DNA of 64,000 bases from Laetmonice hystrix (Eukaryota): the NCBI GenBank assembly GCA_965235115.1, contig OZ249439.1:24490001-24554000 (forward strand), written 5' to 3'. Under the pieces are notes generated by a model. It had not been told where the DNA came from, searched no databases, and saw only the letters and a list, made by a program, of their open reading frames with translations. Made by a program: the position numbers and the translations under genes. The first letter of the stretch is position 1. The number at the start of each line of letters is the position of its first letter. Shown here piece after piece: positions 39,315 to 51,655 of the stretch.

Positions 39315-40171
39315 TATCGGGTGGATAAAAAAAACCGCCCAGAACTATAAACTCCAATATTTCAAAAAGTATTGATTGTAATTCAATGAAATTTTTCTTA
39401 CTATCACTTCATGATGTTGTCTCTTAGTTGTTAATGTTACAACTCAATAGCTTGGATAAAATTCCCGTAGCGCTAAAAACAAAAATCATTGTACAAAAGC
39501 GCAATGCCGGGCTAAAGCGAGTGGTAGTCGCACCAGAGTCCCTGGCCTCACGCTAGAGTAGGTGGTCAATCGGTCCCCCGTTTTCACTTCATACTGCTCT
39601 CAGTCTCTTTTTACATGCGCCAATGCACTTCCTGATCTCTGATAGGGAATTATCTTCCCATTATTGGGAAATAAGCAGCGTTCTGAACGTGTTTCTAAAC
39701 GTGATAATGATACGATTTCCCTTAAACTTCTGGTTACAGTCATATCGTCTTAATGTTGCAGTTTCTCTGTAGGGTTTGGCAAATTAAACATCTGGGTTTC
39801 TCTAGAAGTACTAGGAATAGCACTTAATTTATTATATCTAGTGGTTCACAACATTATACATATTGTAAACCATGCAAAAACTAAATATTGAAAACTTCTT
39901 TACCCAAGGTACAATGCGGTGCATCAAATAAGTGTCAAATTGGACACCTGGCAGCTGCATGATATTTGACCTAATTCCGGCATTGTGTTTTTAGACACTG
40001 ATTTCTGTTTTTAGTGCCACGGGATTAATTTCAAAGCTATTAAGCTGAAACTTTAACATACAAGAGATAATATTACGAAGTTATATTAAGGGAAATTTTA
40101 TTGAATTATAATGGATAGTTTTGGAGATATTAAAGTTTAAAGTTCGGGGCGTTTTTTTTATCCACCCGATA
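39315..40171 (-). mobile_element. Internally deleted IS630-Tc1-mariner element
   Basis: Imperfect ~55-bp TIRs (TATCGGGTGGATAAAAAAAA-CGCCC-GAACT-TAAACT--AATAT) are flanked by TA on both sides. The element is about 0.86 kb, too short for a full transposase, and carries a C-terminal transposase-like remnant on the minus strand. Confidence 0.85.
39553..39660 (-). pseudogene. Transposase C-terminal remnant (Tc1/mariner-type)
   Basis: Translates as WEDNSLSEIRKCIGACKKRLRAV*SENGGPIDHLL*. This fits the typical ITm transposase end (W...I....RL.AV....GG.I.H) and lies about 240 bp inside the 3' TIR. It has in-frame stops. Confidence 0.65.
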
Positions 40172-40594
40172 TATTATAATAAAACACGTTGACCATATCC
40201 CTGTCAGACCCAGCTACCGACGCCTATTGACTATTAAAAATATTATGTATAGAGCAGTGGTATGAGTGTGGTATATGTGTAAATCTTGGCGATGTGAGGC
40301 GTGTTCACTGTGTTTGTCAGCTGCCACAGTGCAGTCATGTGGACACCAACAAATCAAAATGTAATGGCACCTGACAGAGATGATAGGCGTCATACATGTC
40401 GGCTACAATAGTCAGGCCATAAACTTTGCCCGCCTGGGGAAGTGACGAGTACGTATTGTGCCTGCTGGCAGGGTCCTGCTGTGGCTGCTACGACTCATGT
40501 AATGTACATACGAGTCACAACTCACTGCTTGCCTAGACCTGATCCTTGCAGTGTCACTGCAAGTACCTGATCCAGATAATGTCATCGTGACAAA

Positions 40595-41268
40595 CTGATC
40601 CATGGAGTCAGTCTGACCGGAACCACCTGATTCATGGAGTCAGTCTGACCGGAACCACCTGATCCATAGAGTCAGTCTGACCGGAACCACCTGATCCATG
40701 GAGTCAGTCTGACCGGAACCACTTGATCCATGGAGTCAGTCTGACCGGAACCACCTGATCCATGGAGACAGTCTGACCGGAACCACCTGATCCATGGAGT
40801 CGGCCTGACCGGAACCACCTGATCCATGGAGTCAGTCTGACCGGAACCACCTGACCGGAACCACCTGATCCATGGAGTCAGTCTGACCGGAACCACCTGA
40901 TCCATGGAGTCAGTCTGACCGGAACCACCTGATCCATGGAGTCAGTCTGACCGGAACCACTTGATCCATGGAGTCAGTCTGACCGGAACCACCTGATCCA
41001 TGGAGTCGGTCTGACCGGAACCACCTGATCCATGGAGTCAGTCTGACCGGAACCACCTGATCCATGGAGTCAGCCTGACCGGAACCACCTGATCCATGGA
41101 GTCGGTCTGACCGGAACCACCTGATCCATGGAGTCAGTCTGACCGGAACCACCTGACCGGAACCACCTGATCCATGGAGTCAGTCTGACCGGAACCACCT
41201 GATCCATGAAGTCAGTCTGACCGGAACCACCAGTCAGACCGGAACCACGGAGTCAGTCTGACCGGAAC
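40595..41268. repeat. Minisatellite, about 21 x 32 bp (CTGATCCATGGAGTCAGTCTGACCGGAACCAC)
   Basis: 32-bp periodicity with two truncated 14-bp units at 40851 and 41153 and a degenerate right end. Confidence 0.97.
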
Positions 41269-41801
41269 AAGCTAATCCATAGTTCATTCATTCTCTTAAA
41301 TCGTCTACGTTGTTTTGGTTTTAACGTAAACAACGATGGGATCGGCTTTCAACTTTCAAGAACACAAGGTGAAACAATGTGAAGGTCGCTGTGGTATTGT
41401 GTGACTGCGATAAACAGTATAGCCAGTCCATCACCTAGCTGTGCATTCGGAAAACTCGGGTTTTTTTTCCGGAATGCTAGCTGTGGTTAGCCAAGGTCAC
41501 CCTTCAGGACGGCTCAGTGAGCTGTAAGTGACGGCCCTGGCTGGCGCCCAGTGACAGACGGGAGGGGGGGGGGGTAACTCCTCCCGCGCAGTCAACTTAT
41601 CCTGTTATGTAAGAAAATCTATTGGCTCCAAAACATGTCTGGCATTGCGGTGGGCCGCGGCAGTGACGTAATAATTGACCATTGTCCATAGCTCATATTG
41701 TATTAGCGTGAGATTTGTAGCTTGATTAATGAGAATGCCAGACATTCCTGCTTTATGTCATATATGGTGACCTTTGCCTCTTAGAGATGGTTAACTCTAC
41801 C

Positions 41802-41856
41802 ATGATAGGCGACACTGCACTCAGAATGTCATGATAGGCGACACTGCACTCAGAAT
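41802..41856. repeat. Tandem duplication of CATGATAGGCGACACTGCACTCAGAAT
   Basis: Two exact 27-bp copies separated by GT (29-bp period); end coordinate approximate. Confidence 0.85.
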
Positions 41857-42218
41857 ATGTCAAGTATTCTCATTAGGGACGGAATAACTAGGCCCTACGT
41901 GGCTGCGTTTCTCGAGAAATTCCTACCTTTATCATTGTTCAGAATAGTGCTTTACACCACGATCGGTGCTTGTACACCACGGAATGGGGTGAAATACGTC
42001 CATGGTATAAAGTTTTTCGTACACCCCGCGTGGTACTATAGGCACAGATAAATGTTCATCTGTTGTATAGGTCAATTTTAGAAATGTCACCTTGCTTCGT
42101 ATTGGATGACGTGCACTCATATAGCCAATCACAGACCTTCTTACATCACATAGGGCTATGACGGGAATGACGTTATCGAGGCGTTCGAATGAGTGATTGG
42201 TTGTGGGTGTTACGCTTC

Positions 42219-42343
42219 GCTGCTGACTAGGGTTTGACTATTTTAGCATCCTACTTTACAATGAAAGGAGCAGTGGCAGGCTGACACTCCCCTTTTTTGG
42301 ATGCTAAAAACTCAAACCCTATAGTTCTTGCCTAGTCAGCAGC
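42219..42343. mobile_element. Inverted-repeat element; inner TAG-starting MITE at 42228-42321
   Basis: TAGGGTTTGACTATTTTAGCATCC pairs with GGATGCTAAAAACTCAAACCCTA. Outer arms GCTGCTGACTAG / CTAGTCAGCAGC enclose it, with about 10 extra nt on the right side. Confidence 0.6.
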
Positions 42344-43504
42344 CGACTTGTCTAAGTCGGACAGACACAGGACATGCCAAAGCTTTTAATGACAAAGTTG
42401 AGGAGCACTGGGGAAGCTGAGGTAAATGCTGGTGTTCCATTTGGTCTACGAAATTTTATTTGCCGTGTGGTTTTTCCCCTCCCTTTTGTTAAGGAGGAAC
42501 CGACAAGAACAGAGAAAACTTCACAAAGCAAACCACAGAAGACCTATTCTGTGACCTAACTACCAAAGAGACTAGAACGTACTCGACGGGCAGTCGGGAA
42601 TGTCATCAAAGTAACTAATTTTACCGGTTACAGAATGCTGTACCGGTATGACGTCATTACCGGACCTTTCTCCGTATGTCTGTCACCGGTGACAGTTTTC
42701 TTTGGTCCAGGTCCACAATCAAAGTGACGCTGAATATATTAAGCTTGATATAAATTGCAATCAACGGGACTTAAGTGTTGTTTTAACACGTCCTGTCTCT
42801 CTTTGAAAGTTGCCGAGAAATGTAGAAAATTGTCTCTATTACACAATTCCACGAATCATAAAAGAGGTCGTATATCTCAACCATCTCATTATGAAAGCAT
42901 TAAGTCATTCAGCTATTGACGAAGGCGTTACATTAAGCCATTGGGACCATAAAGTTATTTCTATTATTACATGTGTGTATTTAGAACTAAACAATATACT
43001 AACCCACAGATTGCTCAAACTGTTCCACTAATCGCAAACAAAGTCGTATCTCGCCACTACTTTATGTAAGCAAGTCACTCAGCTATGGAAGAAGGCGTAA
43101 AGTTAAGCCATTAAACCATTAAATTAAGTTCTTCATTGTATCCGTATAATCAGCTCTGAAAAATGTGTCCTCTACCACAGATTACTTAAACATGGTATAG
43201 TCAGATTTCAACCAGGTGACAAAACAGGCGTGTAGGAAGTTGTTGTTGGTTGGGTGGGGCGTGTGGTGTTCCGCGAGCCGTATATTTATCGGGGGTCGGG
43301 GGGGGGGGGGCTCCCGCGGAAAAGAATTTAAATTGGCTTCCCCGGAAAAATATGTGAGTTGGAGATCCAAAACGGGGTTTCCCGACATCTGGAAATCAAA
43401 TTCTGATTAAAATGAAGACCCTCACGTGGTTTGGCCTTCCCGGTGGTCTGGCCGTCCCAGGGAGGATTTACGGAGCTTGGTGTTGGGGGTAGAGGCGGAA
43501 AGAT

Positions 43505-43573
43505 ACTCCCCCCCCCCTTTGATATTGGAGGGGGGGGGGGGGGCTACAACCACCCCCGGTTCCTACGCCTATG
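43505..43573 (-). mobile_element. Terminal fragment of a hAT-like G-rich MITE
   Basis: The reverse complement begins CATAGGCGTAGGAACCGGGGGTGG...GCCCCCCCC, a terminus type I recall from invertebrate non-autonomous hAT-like elements. No partner end was identified. Confidence 0.35.
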
Positions 43574-45220
43574 TATAATGTCATTGAGCCAGACTCTGGG
43601 TACCCTATTGTATGTCTCTATCTGGGCAAGGTGCCAACAACTGATAACAACACAACGTATGGCCATACCTAGAACTGACCACTCACTGACCATTGTCCGG
43701 CGGTCTCAGGGGCCAAACCAACGTCATAATTGGCGATCTTATACACCACAAAGACATGTTCTCAGACACCAAAATGTTATTATAATGTGTCCCCAGATTA
43801 TTTAGTAATAAAAATTAAACCCCCAGATCTATCACTGGCAAGGAAGGCCTGCGGGAAACTTTTGCGAAAAGTCCAGGGACAAACTGAGAAAAAGGACCTC
43901 CATAATATTCACTGTACCGCTGACAAGCGACTGCAAACAGAACATGTTTAATTACTATAACGATTGTCGAGTGTCGACACTAGTCATGTATTAAATACTC
44001 CAGGGTCTGAGGTGGTCCGAACATTGGCTGTGGAGGCAGGCAAGGCTGAATCTCTGTCAGGCTGATGACGGATCTGACAACCAGGAAGTTAGAAGGCCTT
44101 GACACACTTTGGACCTTGGGTTGGTGGGTCATGATACAACCACAGATAACGGTTAGATTGTGTCCGGGTTAACAACGGTGGCAGATACCGGATTCTCTGT
44201 CGTCCGGTCAGCGGAAGAGCCTGGTGTCAATGAGTATTGTATCAATCTTTGAGGGCCCGAGTGAGGGCTGGAGAGCAATATCTGATGGTGGGCAATAATC
44301 AATGTGAGTGTCTGGGATCAATCAACATGTTAGGATTATCTGTGTGAGGAGATTGACATGTGAGGGCCTTGGGTCATTAATCGGAGGGCCTGGGATCAAC
44401 TCACCAGGTGGCGCCAGTTATATCCTCAAACTGGCACTCACAGCACGTGCCGCCATACAGTGACTGTAAGATACGCCCTCTTCACGGACCCGAGATGGCT
44501 CTAGATCATTGCGCAGAGCGTTGTGCGGTGTATCCCGCTGCACGGACAACATGGATGATTCTGAGTGTGTTTATGACATTTTCTCAATTATCTATAGTAT
44601 TCCGGTATGAAAATGTTTTTTTAAGCCACCACTGATTGATATCATTAGAAGAACATCTATGAAAAAAATCCGGATAACGCAGGTCGCAGCAACATGACAC
44701 GAGTATTTCCGGTGTAGATTCCTCTAGGTCAAAAGTAGTCCCAGGAGCTATCCCAGAACCCGTATTATGCCAGAGATGATTACGGAGGAATACGGAGGAA
44801 TAAGCTCGTGGCTGCCAGTATGCACGTGCCGCTTCACTCCCAAAAATGGGGGGTTTGCGGAGAAATACAGGGACTTCCGGCACAGCTCACTCTCTGTTTG
44901 GTGTATCCACCATCCTAACTAGAACATAGGTGATGAAAAGGATGAATGGGGACTGGGATCAGCAGTAAACGCTTTGTAAGCTGACATCAGTTAATATTAA
45001 TTCTAGAATCACCCTTGCATTAAAGAGTACATGAGTCCACCAGCTTTCACTTGAAACTTGTTACAACTTCAAAATTTCCTAAAATCATAACTTTTATTAA
45101 TTCTGATAATGGCGGCCATTTTGAGCTACTTTTCTCCCGTGAAGCTTTGCACGGTATACGAGTGAGGATTTACGGAAATCCGAGGGAGCGTGAGTGTGGT
45201 GAGGTTCTAGGACCTTCAGG

Positions 45221-45860
45221 GTGAGGGCCTGGGATCATCATTGTGACATCCGGGGATCGATATGTGAGGGCCTGGGATTATAAATGTGAGGGCCTGGGAT
45301 CATCAATGTGAGGGCCTGGGATCATCAATGTGAGGGCCTGGGATTATAAATGCGAGGGCCTGAGATCGATATGTGAGGGCCTGGGATCATCAATGTGTGG
45401 GCCTGGGATTATAAATGTGAGGGCCTGGGATCATCAATGTGTGGGCCTGGGATTATAAATGTGAGGGCCTGGGATCATCAATGTGTGGGCCTGGGATTAT
45501 AAATGTGAGGGCCTGGGATCATCAATGTGAGGGCATGGGATCATCAATGTGTGGGCCTGGGATCATCAATGTGAGGGCCTGGGATCATCAATGTGAGGGC
45601 CTGAGATCGATATGTGAGGGCCTGGGATCATCAATGTGTGGGCCTGGGATTATAAATGTGAGGGTCTGGGATCATCAATGTGTGGGCCTGGGATTATAAA
45701 TGTGAGGGCCTGGGATCATCAATGTGAGGGCATGGGATCATCAATGTGAGGGCCTGGGATCATCAATGTGAGGGCCTGAGATCGATATGTGAGGGCATGG
45801 GATCATCAATGTGTGGGCCTGGGATTATAAATGTGAGGGTCTGACATTGATATGTGAGGG
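45221..45860. repeat. Minisatellite, about 29 x 22 bp (GTGAGGGCCTGGGATCATCAAT)
   Basis: Interspersed variants ...GGGATCATCAAT, ...GGGATTATAAAT and a 21-bp ...GAGATCGATAT. Confidence 0.96.
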
Positions 45861-48800
45861 ATGAAGATCTCAGGGTCTGACTGAGTTCTAAGTGCCTGGC
45901 GTTAACCTCTGAGCTGATGACGCCAGCCTGTCCTACAGTGAAGGTGGTTTGACCGAAGAATCTATACGAACTGTGAGGGCGAATGGGTTTCGCAAGATAT
46001 CACCATGCAAGAACACGATACTATCATCATGCTTTCTTTATATAGCAAACGACGAAGTGAGATATGACAGAGTGCATGTACAAATAAATAAATGGCGCTT
46101 TAAAATCTTTATTTGCATGTCGATGCGGGCGGAATTTTTCTGGTATAGTGAAACGGGAAGTGAATATCCTTCATTAGCAGTTTTCTATACAGAAATTAAG
46201 GTTGTGACTGAACAACGCCATTTAAAGATCCAGAAAAAGAATATCACGAGATATGTACCTTTCACCCCTAGCTATATGATGCGTACTGACTCGTACGTGA
46301 GAAAAATGAAATAGGACTCTGATATAGGACTCTGCTGTCAAAACGTACAGAGGACTCTGATATAGGACTCTGTTGTCAACACAGATGTCGGTATGGACTA
46401 GTCTCGATACACCGGACCCCTTTCCCCACTAGAGGCCGCTCGTCGCTCGAAAAAAGGGCCTGGTCGCAAACCCGGTATCTAGGTTACACGAACAGGGTGA
46501 CCGCGATGAAAATCGATCATCGAAGCTGATTGGACGAGTAACTTCGGCTCAAGTCGGGTAATTGCTGTGACGTCACGGGTAAGAATATAGATATAGAATC
46601 CCCCACGGCCGGATCACTTCCACACCACAGCGTTACAAAAAGGGAAGTCCTTCCACCGGACTATTCGGCAGCCTGCTGACTTGTGTCGAAACGTCGACCT
46701 TACTCTGGTCCCCAGCTCTGACTCCGCGAAGCGAGAGAGTCATGGGACCAGTCTGTCACCGTCAGTTCTGGCGATCTAAACGATCTTCAGCATTGGTCAC
46801 CGTTATCCCGACTGAATGGAAGGACCAAAGTCATCAGTCCAAGGTTAACCTAGCCATGCAGCACCTGAAAGCAGTCGGGAATTCATAGGGAATTCATAGG
46901 TCTATGTTTATTTTGCTGCAAGCTGTATTCTCGGAACCGGCACCGCGGGTCAGCTCAAGGCTACATTCCAAATATGGAAGTTAAGTCAGGGTGCTGACAT
47001 CTGGTGGCGTCAGCCCACGTATGTGTTTGCGTCCAGTCCGAAACATAAAGGACGAAACATAGCTGGGTCTGTCACATGACCTAGTAATAATTAAGCTTCA
47101 TATCCAGACATAGCCCACCCACTCATAATATACGCCATCAAAAAAAAAACCTTTTCATCCCTGGTTCGTTACATATTTTTTCATCCTATATCAAAAGAAA
47201 TTATATCCACCCTTTTCATCTTGACAAGGGTGCACGCGTATGATCCGTGAAATCCCCACGTCTATTGCGTGGCCATCAAGCGTTTGTTGTTATACAAAGG
47301 CCAATTAGTACATCAGAGGGGACAATCAACCAATTATCAATCAACGCTAATGCTTTGTTAACAAGCACCAGTCTGTAAACCGATCAAATTTTCTATGCTT
47401 TTATCTCTGTTTGAAGTGTCTCTGACCTATTCCAAATGGGAGGGACAATAAGAGGTCAGAAAAAAAGTCAACCAGCGAACTATGACTTTGATTCTTTGAT
47501 AACCATGGCCAGGGGTTGACGGGAACAATTGAGATTGTACTCAATTGTAATTACTACTGGTAGACGGGAAGACAAGACGAGACACAAGACGTTTTATTCA
47601 AACATTATGACGTCTGGTAGACGTTCTTTGTCACCATATTAACATGGCTGCGTCAATTTAATACTAGGTATAGGATATCATGAGACACGACGTTTTAGCT
47701 GTAAACTGACATTTATTTGTGTGAATAGTGGAAATCTGTTTTTTCATCCCACACAATTATTTGGCCGCGCTAACTACAAGTCTTAGGTGGGGTTCACATT
47801 GGTCGTACGACACAACTTGTGTCGACAGATCTGATAAGATCAGAGACCTGCACGCGTTCATATTGAGCGAATCATTCCCGCACTAAAGTCAATATCCACC
47901 AGAGCGTGTCGAACAGCCACTAGGTGGCGTCGCAGACGGTCAAGTTGCCGTTTTAATCAATAAATGGGCAAAGCCAACTTACCAGTAGACCTCATCAAGT
48001 AGTGAGGTTCGGAATCGAGAAACGCGAATTTTGTTCACAGTGTTGACAGATTTTCAGGGCGGCATCAATGCACCAGCGACCCCTGGTGCACTATGTCGGC
48101 CAGCGAACCTTCAGATTAAAGTTACCCGACGTAAGTAGTCTACCGACATAACTATGCCCCCAATTTTTGCACAAACTCGGGGGCTTTCGGATGATTGCGT
48201 TCATATACAGGTGGCCACCCGAAACAGCGGGTAGGCGTCGGAACAAGCCTCCAATGTGAACGCGGTGTTAGAGCATCGCACCAATTAACTGGTGGACAAA
48301 AGATATGGTGTCTGGTCATGCTGCCCGTTGTTATCTTCAACAAAAGTTACGAACGAGTCACGTCCAGGCAGACGTATACGATCTAACTGAGATAAATAAT
48401 GTACGTTTGTATGACATGCACGCACCACCAAGTCACTTGAGATAGTTTGACAAGAAAATATATCTGGCCATTCTATTTCGTTATGAATGAATGGTGTTTA
48501 TACTTAAAGCTGCCGTGGTGTCCTCTATAGGGTGTATCAACAAAAACAAAACAAAAACAAACAAAAAACCTGCAATCTTCGTCTCTCAATAGGTTCATTT
48601 CTGGTTCATTTTTTCTCAGGGGGCCTCGGGGGGGGGCTGCCTTAAAAAGTAAGAGAGGATTTTTATCGTATCGTACCATATCTTATATTTAAAAGATTTT
48701 AAGTTCTTGTAATTTGAACAGGTGGCGTTTGTGCATGTTTTTAAACATAAACATATTCCTCTAGTGTCATATTACACACTCCAAAATGGATTTGGTAAAG

Positions 48801-48904
48801 ATAAAATTGATAAGAAACGATAAGACACGAGGATCCAGGAGTAACGCTCACATCTTACAAGGGCCTTAAGGAAGAAGAACTACGCAGATAAAGAGCAATG
48901 AGGC

Positions 48905-48997
48905 CATCTCTCTGTCTGAGAGTGTCCCTCTGCCTGTCTGCCTGTCTCTGTCTGTCTTTGTTTGTCTCTGTCTCGATGTCTGTCTGTCTCTCTCTCT

Positions 48998-49021
<24 letters not shown>
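48905..49021. repeat. Compound (CTGT)/(CT)n microsatellite
   Basis: Direct reading; it gives the RERERE and SLSLSL ORFs. Confidence 0.93.
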
Positions 49022-49042
<21 letters not shown>

Positions 49043-49422
49043 GGGCAAATAGCATTCCGATGTCGTTCCAAACCACATCTAACGGTTTATTTGATCGGTT
49101 CCAAGAAACGTTCCTCCACTTTACGAACGAAGGCGGTGTGGTTGTGGTTTGCCGCATGCCCGTCAAACTCCCACCCACATCGCCCCCGGAGTCATACTAA
49201 AACGTAGTTCGAGACGTCCAGTGAATTCAGATCTCACGACTGGGAATATGAACTGAAGAAATCACAATGCCTAGCCCAAACCTAACCGTAACCCTTAACC
49301 CCCTAGCCTCGCCCCCACCCTCACAAGGGGGGAAATATGGCAACCCCTTGTTCTAGCCCTGCAGCGAACCCTAACTCTTTCCCCCAAATTCGTCGTACTA
49401 TCCCCAGGGGGATTAACAGTGT

Positions 49423-49601
49423 CTGCATGACGTGCCTGCATGACGAGCTTGCATGACGAGCCTGCATGACGAGCCTGCATGACGAGCCTGCATGACGTGC
49501 CTACATGACGTGCCTGCATGACGAGCCTGCATGACGTGCCTGCATGACGAGCCTGCATGGCGTGCCTGCATGACGAGCCTGCATGACGAGCCTGTATGAC
49601 G
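49423..49601. repeat. Minisatellite, about 14 x 13 bp (CTGCATGACGWGC)
   Basis: 13-bp periodicity with A/T variants at one position. Confidence 0.95.
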
Positions 49602-51407
49602 GGTCCTATAACCCATCGACCAACCTGTGAATGGTCCAATGTGTGGTTGTGCTGGTATGTTGGCTGACTACACTGAGAGGAATTCAACTGCACTATGATG
49701 AAAGATGGACCACGCCAACCGTTTACTATTATAGTTCAAGGTAAGATGGCCATGCCAACAACATGGAACCACACTATTGGGAACTATTCATAACTGTGTA
49801 CATCGTGTGTGTGGAGGGGGGAGGAATCCCCCTTTCATTTGAGAATGGAGTCACTTCTTTGTCATTGGCACACAGCTATCCAGGGCGTACCAAAAAAAAA
49901 AGCGTGGAAAAGTTACTCACGTCATGACTATTAAACATGGTTGAACTATGCGAAGTGTCCTTTCAGCTCTTCTTATTTCTACAGTTTCCGATGACGGCGT
50001 ACACTGGAATTTAACAGAACCAGTTAAAAACGAACCTTCTATGAAGTTACAGTGAGCGTCGGCTTATATATTGAACCAACTATCCTCGTTGATTGAACCA
50101 ACTTCACCCGCCAGCCATGCTTGAATTCGGACAGTCATAAAGTTCATATACATTTAGCATAATCATCCATTCTCAGTATGAGTCACCTTTTTTTGTAACA
50201 CCCTGTATAGCTGATTAATTTTATGTTGATGGCTTGTAAATCTGATGACTGGCTTACGGGAGGGAAATTTATGCAGACGCCACAGAATTAAGTCGAACCG
50301 TCATGTACTAGGAATGAGTCAGTGTTGCTGTATGCCTCCTGACCCCAGACGATATTCGCAGAAACCTTGTATTTTGACATGTGACCGAAACATCTCACCA
50401 AATTCTCCAGTGCTCCACATTGTAACATTATTCCATGTTTCCCTCGAGAATTACACTTCCACGGAATAATTTTGATTCTCCTGACTGTCTCTTCATTGAA
50501 CCAAAGGCTTGGCCAGCAGACTTTCCCTGCCCCCATCTAGGTCAGGCCATAATTCAATGTCAACATTTAAAACTGGAATGTGTGCGACGGACAAGAAATA
50601 TGTGGCCAGCTTGAATGCCTGGTCACATGCGGTCAGTCACACAGTCTACTCATTAAGTAGTGTTCAAAAATCGGCGGTTGTTTTCAACCATCCAAAGTCT
50701 GATGACATCGGTGTGCTATCCTTTCATTTCCGACCGCTCAAAAAAATATAAATGAACTAGAAACTTTTATCTTGAACATTAAGACTACTTTCCGCCACCA
50801 TAATATTCCAAATCCAGCGCATGTAAATATAGAGTTGCATAAAATATGGACTCATCCATCTTATCATCACTGTTATCGTGCGGTATCTGCTTTATCAGGG
50901 TGGAGCATGGGCATCCATCACCCAGAAATCCACCCAGTCGCCGGATAAGCCGTTAAATAGGCGATAGTTCACATTCCGGCGATGGGCTATAGCTTGTAGT
51001 CTGGTCGGTGTTGTTGACAGATGACCAGCACATACCAGGTTAACTTCTCCGACCGCTGGGAGGGAGGGAGGGAGGCAGTTCACCGGAGGAGATGTGGTCA
51101 GTTCGAGTGACCAGACAGCCAGACACTGACGGAGAGTGGGTGAGTGGGTGAGGGTGTGTGAGTGGTGGTTGAGTGAGGCCCTGTTTCTCCGACCGCGCCC
51201 CCCCCCCCGCACTCTCTGTTGGCCAACTGATGGACGCAGGGGGTCAGACGGTAACTGACCCACACTGCCCATTCCTAGAAAGTGCCCCGCTGGGGCCACA
51301 CAAAGCAGTACTCTCTGGGTAATTTCATCGGCAAATAACATTTGAATATCGGGTCGACGGCTGGCACGTCGGCTACAGACGTGTCCCCCTGGGGGCATCC
51401 CTCCTAT

Positions 51408-51655
51408 ACGTGGGGACTTCATCAGGGGCACGTGGTGGGGGACTTCATCAGGGGCACGTGGTGGGGACTTCATAAGGGTCACGTGGTTGGGGACCACATC
51501 AGGGCCACGTGGTGGGGGACTTCATCAGGGTCACGTGGTGGGGGACCTCATCAGGGTCACGTGGTGGGAGACTTCATCAGGGTCACGTGGTGGGAGACTT
51601 CATCAGGGGCACGTGGTGGGGGACTTCATCGTGGTCACGTGGTGGGGGACTTCAT
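51408..51655. repeat. Minisatellite, about 9.5 x 26 bp (CACGTGGTGGGGGACTTCATCAGGGK)
   Basis: CACGTG occurs at 51429, 51455, 51480, 51506, 51532, 51558, 51584, 51610 and 51636. Confidence 0.95.

Noticed and set aside
49270-49300. Interstitial telomeric repeat
   Set aside because: Only a few degenerate CCTAA(C) units, with no perfect (TTAGGG)n tract.
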